From: a virus
DNA: 64,000 nt
Virus record (IMG/VR): IMGVR_UViG_3300036985_010228
Location: 12,090-76,089 of that record
Strand: one strand, 5' to 3'
Part shown: piece after piece, positions 1-9,610 of the stretch
Position numbering within the stretch: position 1 is the stretch's first letter
Layout: every line of letters starts with the position of its first letter
Program-made: the position numbers and the translations under genes
The notes under the pieces: model-generated
What the model was told of the DNA's origin: nothing
What the model saw: only the letters and a program-made list of their open reading frames with translations
The model's database searches: none

Positions 1-1476
1 GTGCTCCAGTCGGACGCCTACCAGTTGGCGACGCCGATCGAGCAGTTCGACCCGACCACTGGCCTCATGAACGTGGAGCGTCCCAATCCCAGGGCGCTTC
101 AGGTCGTGGCCTCCATGGACTTCTACACGACGATCGGCACCGGCAAGGTCGGCGGTCTCATGTGGGCCGGGACGCAGCTTGACGCTGGGTACCTCGACAA
201 CTCGACGGCAGGAGCCCTCGACCGGATCCCCGCCTCGTCCTCGTCCCTCCCGTGGCGGGTGAACCCCCGTGCTTTCACGGAAGGCCAACTCTCGAACACG
301 TCCCGTGGGTCAGCCAGCATTCAGTTCTCGAATGCCAATCTGATCAACGGGGTCACCGCCACTCTGTATGTGACCCTGACACGGCCCGACGGGGTCGCCG
401 TCACGTTCACTGGGGCGCTCGCTCCGGGCGTCGGGCTCTTCTTCGGGTCGAACACCCTCGACCTCGCTGCGAGCCTCGTCCAGGAGATCAACGCGAACGA
501 CACGCTGAGCCACACCATGGCGGCTCTTGCGCTCGGGGACCGAGTCGTCGTCGTGGCGAAGGACGTGGGCACAGCCGGGAACGGCTCGACCCTCACACTC
601 GGATACGCGACGGCTCCTGTTCCGTTCGTTCCGGCCAACCAGGCTGCACAGATCCTCGACGGGTCTGGCCTCGGGGTCTACCCGTCGAGCAACGCCCACC
701 CGGTAGGCGCTGTCGTGACTGCGGCACCGCTGGCTGGCGGGGTCAACATTCCGGTCAACGGTGGCACGGGCAACTCCGCAATCTCGATCGTCGGCATGAC
801 CGAGCGTCTCCCGCTTGGGATCCTCGTCAGCGACTCGGACTTCATTTCGGAGAACCCGCTCGGGGACAACGCCTCCGCCATGCGGACGTACCCCGGTGGG
901 ATCCGCCCCGTGTACTCGAACCTCCCGCTCACGAGCGGTGGCTCCGAGTACACGCGGTTCCTGAACGACCCAGGCTCGCTCCTCTCCATGAGCGACGGCG
1001 GTGTCCTCCTCTACACCCCGTACACGTCGAGCACTCCGGCGGGCTCGAAGAAGTTCCGTATCTTCCGTGGTGGCGGTGCGCAGTTCGTGCTGTCGGGCAC
1101 GGCTCCTGGCGGCCCCGTGGATTGGGTGAGCGACTCGTTCCCTGCGAGCCTCAAGCCCGTCCTCAAGGGCGCAGCCCTCGCCTGCAAGGCGCTCCTCGTC
1201 CGCAACTTCCACGAGGAGGCGTTCTCCGGGGCGGCTCCCAATCGGGTGCGGTCTGAGGGTGACGAGCTTCAACTCGTGATCCTCACACAGGCCGTCTACG
1301 GCAACGGGAACACCCAATCTGACGGCGTGACCCTCTCGGGTCAGATCTCTCCGACCGGCTACGGTGAGGGCTACTCGGCGTCCGACCGGTATCTGCTTGA
1401 GGGTCGTCCCATGGACAGGGGCCGGACGCGCACGACACCTGACCCGGCACTCCAACCTGCGCCGTACTTCAAGTAG
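1..1476 (+). CDS. Virion structural protein, 5'-truncated by the window edge; paralogous domains to 52058-55354
   Basis: Gly/Ser/Thr-rich. Has a sheath/flagellin-like insert (LAASLVQEINAN...VVVVAKDVGTAGN). C-terminus (LLVRNF...EGDELQLVILTQ...ASDRYLL) resembles that of 52058-55354 (MIVRAT...KGELLLLILSR...AAALYRT). Confidence 0.6.
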   Translation: MLQSDAYQLATPIEQFDPTTGLMNVERPNPRALQVVASMDFYTTIGTGKVGGLMWAGTQLDAGYLDNSTAGALDRIPASSSSLPWRVNPRAFTEGQLSNTSRGSASIQFSNANLINGVTATLYVTLTRPDGVAVTFTGALAPGVGLFFGSNTLDLAASLVQEINANDTLSHTMAALALGDRVVVVAKDVGTAGNGSTLTLGYATAPVPFVPANQAAQILDGSGLGVYPSSNAHPVGAVVTAAPLAGGVNIPVNGGTGNSAISIVGMTERLPLGILVSDSDFISENPLGDNASAMRTYPGGIRPVYSNLPLTSGGSEYTRFLNDPGSLLSMSDGGVLLYTPYTSSTPAGSKKFRIFRGGGAQFVLSGTAPGGPVDWVSDSFPASLKPVLKGAALACKALLVRNFHEEAFSGAAPNRVRSEGDELQLVILTQAVYGNGNTQSDGVTLSGQISPTGYGEGYSASDRYLLEGRPMDRGRTRTTPDPALQPAPYFK

Positions 1477-1541
1477 CCTAGTCAGACCCATGTGGGGCAA
1501 GTAGCTCAGTGCCCTGGAAACTGAGACCTGAGAGAAACACC

Positions 1542-2003
1542 ATGACCCTCCGCTCCAAGCTCATTCGCTTGGCTCACCAGAACCCGGATCTCCGGCCCCA
1601 CCTCCTCCCGCTGCTCAAGCAGGCGGCAGGGGAAGTGAACGTCCCTGGACTCCATATCCTGGGCAACGCTGTGGTGTCTGGTAAGGGCAAGGTGCTCATG
1701 CGAGCCCAGGCACTCGGCAATGCCCAGGTGACTGGGGAGTCAAAGGTGTTTGGCCGCGCCCAGGTGTCTGGCAATGCCAAGCTGACAGGCAAGGCTAGGG
1801 TGTATGACAACGCCCAGGTGGCTGACAACGCCCATGTGGGAGGTGACGCCCATGTGCATGGCAAGGCCAAGGTGTTTGGCACCTCTGAAGTGTATGGTAG
1901 TACCAGTATCTCAGGCACCGCCGGGATCCTCGGTGGCAAGTGGGACGGGTCTGAGGGGCCTATCACTTCTGGCCAGTGGAAGGCTCCGGGCGTTCCCGCC
2001 TGA
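1542..2003 (+). CDS. Hexapeptide-repeat (left-handed beta-helix-like) protein with an N-terminal basic amphipathic leader
   Basis: Repeats AQVTGE/SKVFGR/AQVSGN/ARVYDN/AQVADN/AHVGGD. Leader MTLRSKLIRLAHQNPDLRPHLLPLLKQAA. ATG 1542 preferred over GTG 1509. Confidence 0.7.
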   Translation: MTLRSKLIRLAHQNPDLRPHLLPLLKQAAGEVNVPGLHILGNAVVSGKGKVLMRAQALGNAQVTGESKVFGRAQVSGNAKLTGKARVYDNAQVADNAHVGGDAHVHGKAKVFGTSEVYGSTSISGTAGILGGKWDGSEGPITSGQWKAPGVPA

Positions 2004-2043
2004 TCAACCAATGGCTCGTAGTGTTCTGACTGGAGTGACCTGA

Positions 2044-2634
2044 ATGGATCCCAATGCTCTCCCACCCACTGACGGCCTCATGGCTGCTATCCAACAGCAG
2101 CACTGGCCGATCGTCGCCGGGTTCCTGATCACCTTCCTTGTCTACGGGGCGAATCACGCTGGCCTTCAGGCGAAGGTCGGCGCGAAGTGGATTCCCCGAA
2201 TCGCAATCGGGCTCGGAGTCCTCTCCGCAATCGCAGCCCAGCTTCTTCTCGGGATCTCCTGGCAGGAGGCACTCAGCAAGGGCTTCCTGGCAGGAGCCAC
2301 GGCCACGGGCCTCTGGGAGGTCCTGCTGAAGGACCTGCTCCCCAAGATCCCCGACAAGACCGTCGCTGCCGTCGTCGAAGCCGTCGAGGCTGTCGTCTCG
2401 AAGGCGACTCTGAAGACCGCCAAGCCTGCTGACTCAGAGGCCGCCGCAACGACCGTCAAGGCCAAGAAGAAGCCCGGCCCCAAGCCTGGCACCAAGAAGG
2501 TCAAGGCGGAAGCTGTGGTCGCCCCGGCTGCTCCGGCAGAGGTCCCTGCGGCTCCGGTGGTTGCAGAGGAGCCCAAGGCACCTGAAGCTGCTGCTGAGGT
2601 TCCCGCCAGTCCGCCCGTCGAGCCGAAGCCCTAG
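2044..2634 (+). CDS. Holin-like membrane protein with Lys/Ala/Pro-rich C-terminal tail
   Basis: About 3 hydrophobic segments (WPIVAGFLITFLVYG; IAIGLGVLSAIAAQLLLG; GFLAGATATGLWE). SD GGAG upstream. Confidence 0.55.
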   Translation: MDPNALPPTDGLMAAIQQQHWPIVAGFLITFLVYGANHAGLQAKVGAKWIPRIAIGLGVLSAIAAQLLLGISWQEALSKGFLAGATATGLWEVLLKDLLPKIPDKTVAAVVEAVEAVVSKATLKTAKPADSEAAATTVKAKKKPGPKPGTKKVKAEAVVAPAAPAEVPAAPVVAEEPKAPEAAAEVPASPPVEPKP

Positions 2635-2673
2635 CCAATCTGAGTGCCGCCTCTGCGAAGGGGTAACCTACCC

Positions 2674-2889
2674 ATGCAATGGCGGCAGAGCCTTCAGGAG
2701 GACCGTGGTCGGATCTGGACCGACTACGTCTCCGACTGCGAGAAGTGGCGGGTGGAGCAGGGCCACTCGGTAGAGCCTGACGAGGTCTGGGCGCTGTTCA
2801 GCATGGAGTCCGGCAAGAGGAAGTGGACCTCCTCTCACCGGACTCTTGCTGAGGCGAAGGCCGCAGCCGAGGCTCAGAACAGTTCGTAG
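2674..2889 (+). CDS. Small hypothetical protein
   Basis: Typical codon usage; ends with TLAEAKAAAE, a motif common in small phage proteins; TAACCT -10-like hexamer 4 nt before the ATG. Confidence 0.55.
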   Translation: MQWRQSLQEDRGRIWTDYVSDCEKWRVEQGHSVEPDEVWALFSMESGKRKWTSSHRTLAEAKAAAEAQNSS

Positions 2890-3707
2890 GCGCGGTTCCC
2901 GTTCAGGTCGAGGATCCTGTACTGGTGGAGCTTGTCGCCGACGATCTTGAGTTGCGGCCCGCTCAGTCGGCGGCCTTGGGAGACGTACTTCTGGGCAATG
3001 TCCTGGGCGAAGGTCATGACCCACTCGTCGTTGGCGCGCTTTGCCGCGACCCAGAGCCTGCGGAGCGCGTCGAGCCGAAGCTCACGAGTCTCGTCCACCT
3101 CACCCACAGGGTCAGGAGCCTTCGGGTTCGGCTCGATCTTCTGCGGGTCTGGCACCTTCACCGGGCGCTTGGACTCCTCCAGAATGAAGTCCCGCTCGCG
3201 GGGCATGAGCACGCCGCCCTGCTCGATCTTCCGGTGGTAGGCGAGCAGTTCGTTGTCGTTCTTCCAGCCGGGGATCTTCTCGATCAGATTGAGCAGGTCG
3301 ATCTTGTACTTCTCGCGGTCCTCGATCACCGAGATCGCGTCGTAGAAGTCCGAAGACGACAGGTACGCCTTCTTCATGGTCTCGACGCCAGCGGCCCAGG
3401 TCTTCTTCCAGCCGATCGTGCGCTTGAAGTGGCCTTGGCCCTGAGCCTTCTTGTTGAGCGTCCTGCCGGTCACGGTGCTGACGAGGGCAAGCTGCATTGA
3501 GGCTCGACCGACGGCCATTGCGTCGTCCGCAGAGCCGATCGTGCTGGAGAGCTTCACGGCGACTGAGGGTGAGAGGGCGAGCAGGTAGACACCCGCAAAG
3601 CGGGGGTCACGCGACCACTTCCCACGGTAGCCGATCGAGTCGAGCCACCCCTCCAGTTCCTCACGACCGATCTGAACGTAGGTGGCTGCTGCCGTCACGG
3701 TTCCCAT
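2874..3707 (-). CDS. Hypothetical protein, co-transcribed with the helicase
   Basis: 277 aa ORF starting 2 nt after the helicase stop, GGAG SD. C-terminal motif FAQDIAQKY...RRLSGPQL. Confidence 0.75.
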   Translation of the reverse strand: MGTVTAAATYVQIGREELEGWLDSIGYRGKWSRDPRFAGVYLLALSPSVAVKLSSTIGSADDAMAVGRASMQLALVSTVTGRTLNKKAQGQGHFKRTIGWKKTWAAGVETMKKAYLSSSDFYDAISVIEDREKYKIDLLNLIEKIPGWKNDNELLAYHRKIEQGGVLMPRERDFILEESKRPVKVPDPQKIEPNPKAPDPVGEVDETRELRLDALRRLWVAAKRANDEWVMTFAQDIAQKYVSQGRRLSGPQLKIVGDKLHQYRILDLNGNRAYELF

Positions 3708-3708
3708 G

Positions 3709-6700
3709 TCAGTTCTCCTCCTGGGGAGACGCGAGGCGACCCCACTGAGCCTCTAGTTCTTCGGGCGGTGGCTCCTCCTGAGCCATGTGCTCGAACTGTG
3801 CGATCTTGGACAGGGGGATCAGGAAGTCGCTGACGCTCGCCGTCCTGAGGTAGTTGGCGAAGGACGCGGCCCTCTCGCCCTCCTCCACTCCACCCTCCTC
3901 CACTCCGCCCTCCCCAGCCTCTGCCATGCCCTCTTCCTCGACGGTGCCGACGAGAGGGATACACGACTCGGACATGAACACGCTGGGCGACACGTCCTTG
4001 TCGTTCACGATCTGGGGCTCCAGGATCGTGACCTTCTGCCGACCCCGTGTGAGGGCGACGTAGGCGAGGCGGCGCTCGGATTCCATCATCTTTGGGTCCT
4101 CCATGGACCGCTTGTGCGGGAACCCGCCGTCCCACATGGGAATGAAGAGGTTCTCGACCTCCAAGCCCTTCCAGCCGTGGACGGTTCCAAGCTGGACCGC
4201 GTCAGGCCGCTCGGAGGGCTTGGGCTCGGTCTTGCCCTTCTCGAACTTCTTCGGGACGTTCCGCTTGTTGGCTTCGACGAGCGTGGTGATGTAGTCCGTG
4301 AACTGAATCGCCAGGGGGAACTTCTTGGCGGCCTTCAGGAGCGGATTGATCGGAGCCATTGCGTAGCTCGCGAGCATTTCCGGGGTGATCTTCCCGTCCC
4401 CCTCGTCCGCGATCATTTGCACTTCCGACATGGCCTCTGCGTCGTCCATGAGGCTGGCCGACAGGGAGTCCACGAGGGTGTCGCCGTCGGGTCCCTTGAA
4501 GTTGATAATGAAGTTGATCAGGTCGGTGGCGGACCCGGACCCGACCTTGGTGACCTCCTCCAGGTAGTCGGCATACGCCTGGAGCTTGTCCACCATTTCG
4601 CTCCGGAAGTAGACCTTCTTGGCCCCCTTCTTGTTGACGAGGAAGTCGTAGTAGTCGGTGACCTTCAACTCGTCCAGCTTCCCACCGAGCTTCGGGCCGT
4701 TGATCCCGAAGTCGGGGGCCTTCACGCCGTCGAGGACGCCCTTGTTCCGGGCCTGAACGCTGTCAGTCCGCAGGGTCGTGAAGAGGCCAATGATCGGCCC
4801 AATCGCCGGGCCGCCGAGGAAGTTCTTCTTGGCCCGGAAGGGGATCCCCTCCTCGATCATCTTCATTGCGAAGGCGAACAGTTCCTTGTTCGTGCGGACA
4901 GCGAGGCCGTAGTTCGAGTAGAACTTCCCCGTCTTCCCAGCCTGCCTGACCTCTTCGAGGTCGGCGAGGATCCCGTCAGTCAGCGACGAGGCCGCTGCGT
5001 CGAGGTCGCGCACGGAGAGGCGCTGGATTGAACCCTCGCCCTCCTTGGGGTTCGACTTGCAGGTCATGGGGATCTGCTTCGCATTGTGGGCGATCAGCTT
5101 GTTCGCTGCGTCCACGATCGCGTTGCCCGACCGGAAGTTCGTGTCGAGGAGCTTCGTGGTGAAGCCCTCGCCGCCTGGGACGAGGTTGGACTTCTCGATG
5201 AACCGGTCTGGGTCAGCGGCTCTGAACTCGTAGATCGCCTGCTTGTCGTCGCCAATGAAGGCGAACGTGTCGGCGGACATCTTCCCGCTCGCCCTGGGCT
5301 TCAGGGTCTGCGGGTCGAGGTAGCCAGCGACGAGGCCAATGAACAGGTGCTGCGCGGCGTTGAGGTCCTGCGCCTCGTCCACGAGAATACACTTGTACTG
5401 CTTCTGGTACTTGTTGAGCAGGGCCGGGCTCTCAATCAGTTCCCGCGTGGGCTGAATGAGCATATCGTCGAAGTCGAGGGCTCCCTTGATTTGGGGGATA
5501 TTCCCCTTGAGCCACTCGTAGGCACCGTAGACGGCAGAGAAGATCTTCTGCCTCTCCTGGCTCTCCGCTGCCCCCAGGTCGTTGCCCTCGTCGTCCTCGC
5601 CCACGGCTGTCTCGGGGGCCTTCTGGCTGTCCATGAAGATCGAGCCAGGGGCCTTGAGGCTGTTCTTGTTGAACGAGGTGAACTTGGTGAACTCGCCGAT
5701 CGGAATGTCCTTCCGCTCGCCGTCCTGGTCCTCGACGGTGAAGTCGTCGTCGGACGCCCCAATGTTGAACCACTGACCGGCGGGGTTGTGGATCCAGTAC
5801 TTGTACGGGGAGTCGGCGAAGTCGAGTACCTTCTGCTTCCTCGCCAGCGCCTTCTTCACTCCGCTCTCAGACACCCCGTTCTCGGCGGCAGTCTTGACGA
5901 GGACGTTCCGACGGGTCAGCCCGGCGGCTATGAGGGGGTGGGTAATGATCCCTTCGAGGACCTGCTTCTCGTTGGGCGCAAGCGTGCTCGGGTCCTGCGT
6001 GAACATGGACTGAAGCGCCTTCAGCGCGTTCTCGGCCTTGTCCGCCCCGACGGCTGCGCGGAGTTCTGCGGTGGCCTTCTCCACGGTGGTCCCGCGTGTG
6101 TTCCAGCCCTTGAACCGACGGGGTTGACGCCACTTGGGGTCTGCGTCTGCGAAGTTGAGCTTCGAGCCGTCGATCCGCAGGTTGGAGAGAATGTCCCAGA
6201 AGTTGTCGAGGCCCGGACCGAAGACCTCGATCCAGTAACCGGAGCCAGCCTGGGTGACCTTGACCTTCGGGATCGACGACAGGAAGTCGTTGAGGGTGTC
6301 GATCGCGGCACCCACGAGGGTCTTGAAGCGCCCCTCCTCCTGGAGGAAGAAGTCGAGCGGGCTCTTGGCCTCGACAGGGTTCTGCACCGGGGACTGCGTC
6401 TCGATTGCCGGGTTCTGGCGATCCTCCGGAGCACGCTCAGGCTCCTCGATCTGCTTGGCGCTCGGTGCGGCGTTCGGGAAGAACGACATGGCCTCCTTCG
6501 GAGGCAGCGGGGGCTGTCCGGCCCCCGCTTGCATTTTCACCTGGGCGATTGCAACCCGCATGAGGTTGGAAATGTCCCCGTCCTTGAGCACGTCGCCGCC
6601 CCCGCGCTTGCTCTCGCGCAGGATCGTGAAGCCGACCGAGTGGGTCGTTCCGATACCGGGCATCTTGTCGAGGTCAGGGATCGGGAAGCCGATCTCCCCG

Positions 6701-7704
6701 GCGTACCGGGCGATCCGCTCCTTGAGTTCCTCTGCGCTGTCCTTCGTGAAGCTCATGGCCATGACGTTGGACATTGACAACCCGAGGTCCTGGACGTGGT
6801 GGATCACCTTGCCCGCGAGGACGCGGGTCTTGCCCGAGCCTGCACCAGCGGCGATCACGCACTTCCCACGCACGAGCATTGCGTCCTCCTGCTCGGGGGT
6901 CATTCCGAGGTGGGCGCTGATCTTCGTCGTGTGGTTCCCCTTCTCCCCGATCTGGGCGAGCTTGGAGGCCGCGTGAGCCTTGACCGAGGCCGGGTCCTTC
7001 GACCGCTCAGCGACACGGGAGACCTTCTCCAGCAGGTCGGCGTTCTCCTCCGTGGCTTCGGCGGCTGCCGGGTCGGTCGGGTCGAGAGAGTCGAGCCTCC
7101 GAGTGTTCTTGGCGACCCGGTCGAGGATCATGTCGGCGGACACCACGTCCACGGCCACCTCCTCGATCTCCGAGACAGGGTTGCCGCAGATTGCAGTCGC
7201 CTCTTGGGTCCACCGCTTGAGGAGGGAGAGCTTGCCAGACGCCATGCGGATTCCGGCGAGCTTGAACAGGCGCGGAAGCGGGTCCGTGACCCCGGCTGCC
7301 TGGCAGATCCGAACCGCCTGTGAGGCGTCCTCATTGAACACGTCGCGCAGGACGTTCGAGTGAGACTTCATTCGCGGGAGGAGGAACTCCAGGAAGTCCG
7401 CACGGAGGTTGTAGGCGGGGTACGCTGCCCCTCGAAGGGACATATCGATCCGCGTCTTCACCCGGAGCTTCGCCTTCTCGGCGGCGTCCCGGAGGAGCGA
7501 GTCAATCCCCGCGTCCACCGACGAGGCCACGCGACGAAGGGCGGCGTCACCGTCTCCCCGGTGCTTCTTGAGCCGCTCCAGGTCCACGCCTGGCAGCATG
7601 AGCGGGTCGTCCCCCAGGACGGCAAGGATCTGGTCCACCGAGGCGACCGCCAGGTAGTAGGCGGCCATGTCCAGGAAATCGGGGGCAAGGACTTGATCAG
7701 ACAT
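3709..7704 (-). CDS. SF1A UvrD/Rep/PcrA-family helicase with long N-terminal extension and about 350 aa internal insertion
   Basis: Motifs AGAGSGKT, SFTKDSAEEL, GTTHS, LDFDDML, LVDEAQD, IGDDKQAIYEFRAA, NFRS, TVHGWKGLE, ESERRLAYVALTRG. Confidence 0.93.
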   Translation of the reverse strand: MSDQVLAPDFLDMAAYYLAVASVDQILAVLGDDPLMLPGVDLERLKKHRGDGDAALRRVASSVDAGIDSLLRDAAEKAKLRVKTRIDMSLRGAAYPAYNLRADFLEFLLPRMKSHSNVLRDVFNEDASQAVRICQAAGVTDPLPRLFKLAGIRMASGKLSLLKRWTQEATAICGNPVSEIEEVAVDVVSADMILDRVAKNTRRLDSLDPTDPAAAEATEENADLLEKVSRVAERSKDPASVKAHAASKLAQIGEKGNHTTKISAHLGMTPEQEDAMLVRGKCVIAAGAGSGKTRVLAGKVIHHVQDLGLSMSNVMAMSFTKDSAEELKERIARYAGEIGFPIPDLDKMPGIGTTHSVGFTILRESKRGGGDVLKDGDISNLMRVAIAQVKMQAGAGQPPLPPKEAMSFFPNAAPSAKQIEEPERAPEDRQNPAIETQSPVQNPVEAKSPLDFFLQEEGRFKTLVGAAIDTLNDFLSSIPKVKVTQAGSGYWIEVFGPGLDNFWDILSNLRIDGSKLNFADADPKWRQPRRFKGWNTRGTTVEKATAELRAAVGADKAENALKALQSMFTQDPSTLAPNEKQVLEGIITHPLIAAGLTRRNVLVKTAAENGVSESGVKKALARKQKVLDFADSPYKYWIHNPAGQWFNIGASDDDFTVEDQDGERKDIPIGEFTKFTSFNKNSLKAPGSIFMDSQKAPETAVGEDDEGNDLGAAESQERQKIFSAVYGAYEWLKGNIPQIKGALDFDDMLIQPTRELIESPALLNKYQKQYKCILVDEAQDLNAAQHLFIGLVAGYLDPQTLKPRASGKMSADTFAFIGDDKQAIYEFRAADPDRFIEKSNLVPGGEGFTTKLLDTNFRSGNAIVDAANKLIAHNAKQIPMTCKSNPKEGEGSIQRLSVRDLDAAASSLTDGILADLEEVRQAGKTGKFYSNYGLAVRTNKELFAFAMKMIEEGIPFRAKKNFLGGPAIGPIIGLFTTLRTDSVQARNKGVLDGVKAPDFGINGPKLGGKLDELKVTDYYDFLVNKKGAKKVYFRSEMVDKLQAYADYLEEVTKVGSGSATDLINFIINFKGPDGDTLVDSLSASLMDDAEAMSEVQMIADEGDGKITPEMLASYAMAPINPLLKAAKKFPLAIQFTDYITTLVEANKRNVPKKFEKGKTEPKPSERPDAVQLGTVHGWKGLEVENLFIPMWDGGFPHKRSMEDPKMMESERRLAYVALTRGRQKVTILEPQIVNDKDVSPSVFMSESCIPLVGTVEEEGMAEAGEGGVEEGGVEEGERAASFANYLRTASVSDFLIPLSKIAQFEHMAQEEPPPEELEAQWGRLASPQEEN

Positions 7705-7723
7705 TGAGGAGACTCCCACAGGT

Positions 7724-7744
7724 GGACGGCTATCCTAGCCGTCC
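7724..7744. promoter_or_regulatory. Perfect 9-bp inverted repeat between divergent genes
   Basis: GGACGGCTA-TCC-TAGCCGTCC lies between the helicase start (minus strand) and ORF 7770 (plus strand). Confidence 0.5.
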
Positions 7745-7769
7745 TATCGCGTAACTATGGCAGAAGGCC

Positions 7770-8384
7770 ATGCCCTACCGTACACCCTCACCACCACCCG
7801 CCCCGGAGACACCCAAAGGGCTCGGAGCCGACTTCTGGAGCGGGTCCAACGGGTCCTCAGAGACCCGTGCAGCCATGGCTGCCGACAGCCAAATCATTGC
7901 GGGTCTGAAGAAACTGGTTCGCCAGTGGTACAAGACCACGCAGAACAAGTACCCGAAGGACTACCACGTCATTTTCCACGACCTCAACCTGGCCACGCTC
8001 GGCAAGGCCGAGTTCATTCGGGTGGGGGGCAAGTCCAAGTACCTCCTGGGGGTGCTCACCGCGACAGCCAGGGAGGAGGGGCTGCTCGAAATCGTCGGGA
8101 AGCTGTTCGACCAATCCACGGGCAGCAAGCTGGAAATGGTGAAGTACACGCGGGAGTCCGCCGTCCGGTGGATCGAGAACGACCCGCAGGTCCGGCAGAT
8201 CCTGGACGCCTCCTTCGCTGCGAACGTGAGCAAGCTCGACAAGTACCTGCTCGCCAAGTACCCGAACGTGCAGCCGAAGGACGTAATGGAGGCGGTCTAC
8301 TTCAGGGCGGTCGCGAGGTACGAAATGCAGACGTTCGACTCGCCCGCCCTCGCCCACGACCTCTACAAGTACCTCTTCGACTGA
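7770..8384 (+). CDS. Hypothetical protein
   Basis: 204 aa ORF with genome-typical codon usage. This frame, not the 5' part of ORF 7757, is the coding one. Confidence 0.75.
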   Translation: MPYRTPSPPPAPETPKGLGADFWSGSNGSSETRAAMAADSQIIAGLKKLVRQWYKTTQNKYPKDYHVIFHDLNLATLGKAEFIRVGGKSKYLLGVLTATAREEGLLEIVGKLFDQSTGSKLEMVKYTRESAVRWIENDPQVRQILDASFAANVSKLDKYLLAKYPNVQPKDVMEAVYFRAVARYEMQTFDSPALAHDLYKYLFD

Positions 8385-8407
8385 CCGGTAAGGTCGGGAA
8401 CCCACCC

Positions 8408-9592
8408 ATGATTATCTGCTACACAGGCGAGACGCCCCCGGACTCGTTCGAGAGTTCAATCTTCCTGGCCGGACCGTCCCCCAGGAGCGAGACCGACCCG
8501 AACTGGCGGCCCGAGGCCCTGGAGTGGTTGGAAGATCTCGGCTTCGAGGGCGTCGTCTTCGCCCCAATCTACCGGGGCAAGCCCACCGTCCCCTTCGACT
8601 ACGACAAGCAGGTCGAGTGGGAGAGGAAGTGGCTCAACGCCTCCGACCTGATCGTGTTCTGGATCCCCCGCGACCTGAAGAAGCTCCCCGGCTTCACGAC
8701 GAACGTGGAGTACGGAATGTGGCTGCGGTCGGGGAAGGTTCTTCTCGGGAGCCCTGAGGGGACCGAGAAAATGCAGTACCTGGAGTGGTGGGCGGACCAG
8801 GAGGGTGTCCCTGGCTACAACGACCTGTACACGCTCCTCGAAGACGCGGTGGAGAAGCTCGGGGCTGGGGCGACCCGGTCGGGCGGCGAGCGTGAGGTGC
8901 CGCTCCACCTGTGGTCGAAGCCCGAGTTCCAGACCTGGCTCTCCCTTCAGAAGGCCCAGGGGAATCGTCTCGACGGGGCTCAGGTCGTCTGGACCTTCAG
9001 GGTCGGCAAGAACAAGGAGACGACGTTCCTGTGGGCGCTCCACGTTGACGTGTGGATCGCGTCCGAGAAGCGGTCCAAGACGAATGAGGTCGTCCTCTTC
9101 CGCCCCGACATTTCCTCAATCGTCGTCTACTGCCGCCCCCCCGATCGAGCGGGTTGGGACTGGCTGCTCGACACGGAGATCGTCCTGGTGGAGGAGTTCC
9201 GGTCGCCCGTGGCAAACAACCTGGGCATGGTCCGCGAGGTGCCGGGCGGTTCTTCCACGAAGCCAGGTATCGACCCTGGCACCCTCGCCGCGAAGGAACT
9301 GGAAGAGGAGACGGGCCTCGCGATCTCCGAGGACCGCTTCAAGTTCGTCGGGTGGAGGCAGGTCGCCTCGACGCTCTCGGCTCACCGGGCACACGTCTAC
9401 GCCGTCGAACTGACGCCCGAGGAAATGCTCGCGCTCCGGTGGGACGACCAGGCTCACGGGAACCACGACGAGACGGAGTACACGTTCACCCGTGTCCTGA
9501 CGGTCGTGGACCTGCTGGGGGACCAGTCAATGGACTGGGCCAATCTGGGAATGCTCCTTCAGGCGCTTTTGACAGCCCCGGACAACCTCTGA
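8408..9592 (+). CDS. Nucleoside 2-deoxyribosyltransferase-like domain fused to a NUDIX hydrolase
   Basis: N-terminal SIFLAGP...NWR...QVEWE...DLIVFWIPR...TTNVEYG (NDT/Rcl-like). C-terminal Nudix box PGG...AAKELEEETG. Confidence 0.85.
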   Translation: MIICYTGETPPDSFESSIFLAGPSPRSETDPNWRPEALEWLEDLGFEGVVFAPIYRGKPTVPFDYDKQVEWERKWLNASDLIVFWIPRDLKKLPGFTTNVEYGMWLRSGKVLLGSPEGTEKMQYLEWWADQEGVPGYNDLYTLLEDAVEKLGAGATRSGGEREVPLHLWSKPEFQTWLSLQKAQGNRLDGAQVVWTFRVGKNKETTFLWALHVDVWIASEKRSKTNEVVLFRPDISSIVVYCRPPDRAGWDWLLDTEIVLVEEFRSPVANNLGMVREVPGGSSTKPGIDPGTLAAKELEEETGLAISEDRFKFVGWRQVASTLSAHRAHVYAVELTPEEMLALRWDDQAHGNHDETEYTFTRVLTVVDLLGDQSMDWANLGMLLQALLTAPDNL

Positions 9593-9610
9593 GGGGCGTA
9601 AGAAGCCTCG

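Noticed and set aside
1494-1530. tRNA-like start GGGGCAAGTAGCTCAGT
   Set aside because: No T-arm or acceptor complement; only a small CTCAGT/ACTGAG hairpin.
5480-6540. Intein in the UvrD helicase (or in PolA/DnaB)
   Set aside because: No Cys/Ser start with His-Asn end and no LAGLIDADG motifs seen.
7757-8407. N-terminal about 217 aa of the 611-aa ORF
   Set aside because: Overlaps the better ORF 7770-8384; the recognisable NDT domain starts at ATG 8408.
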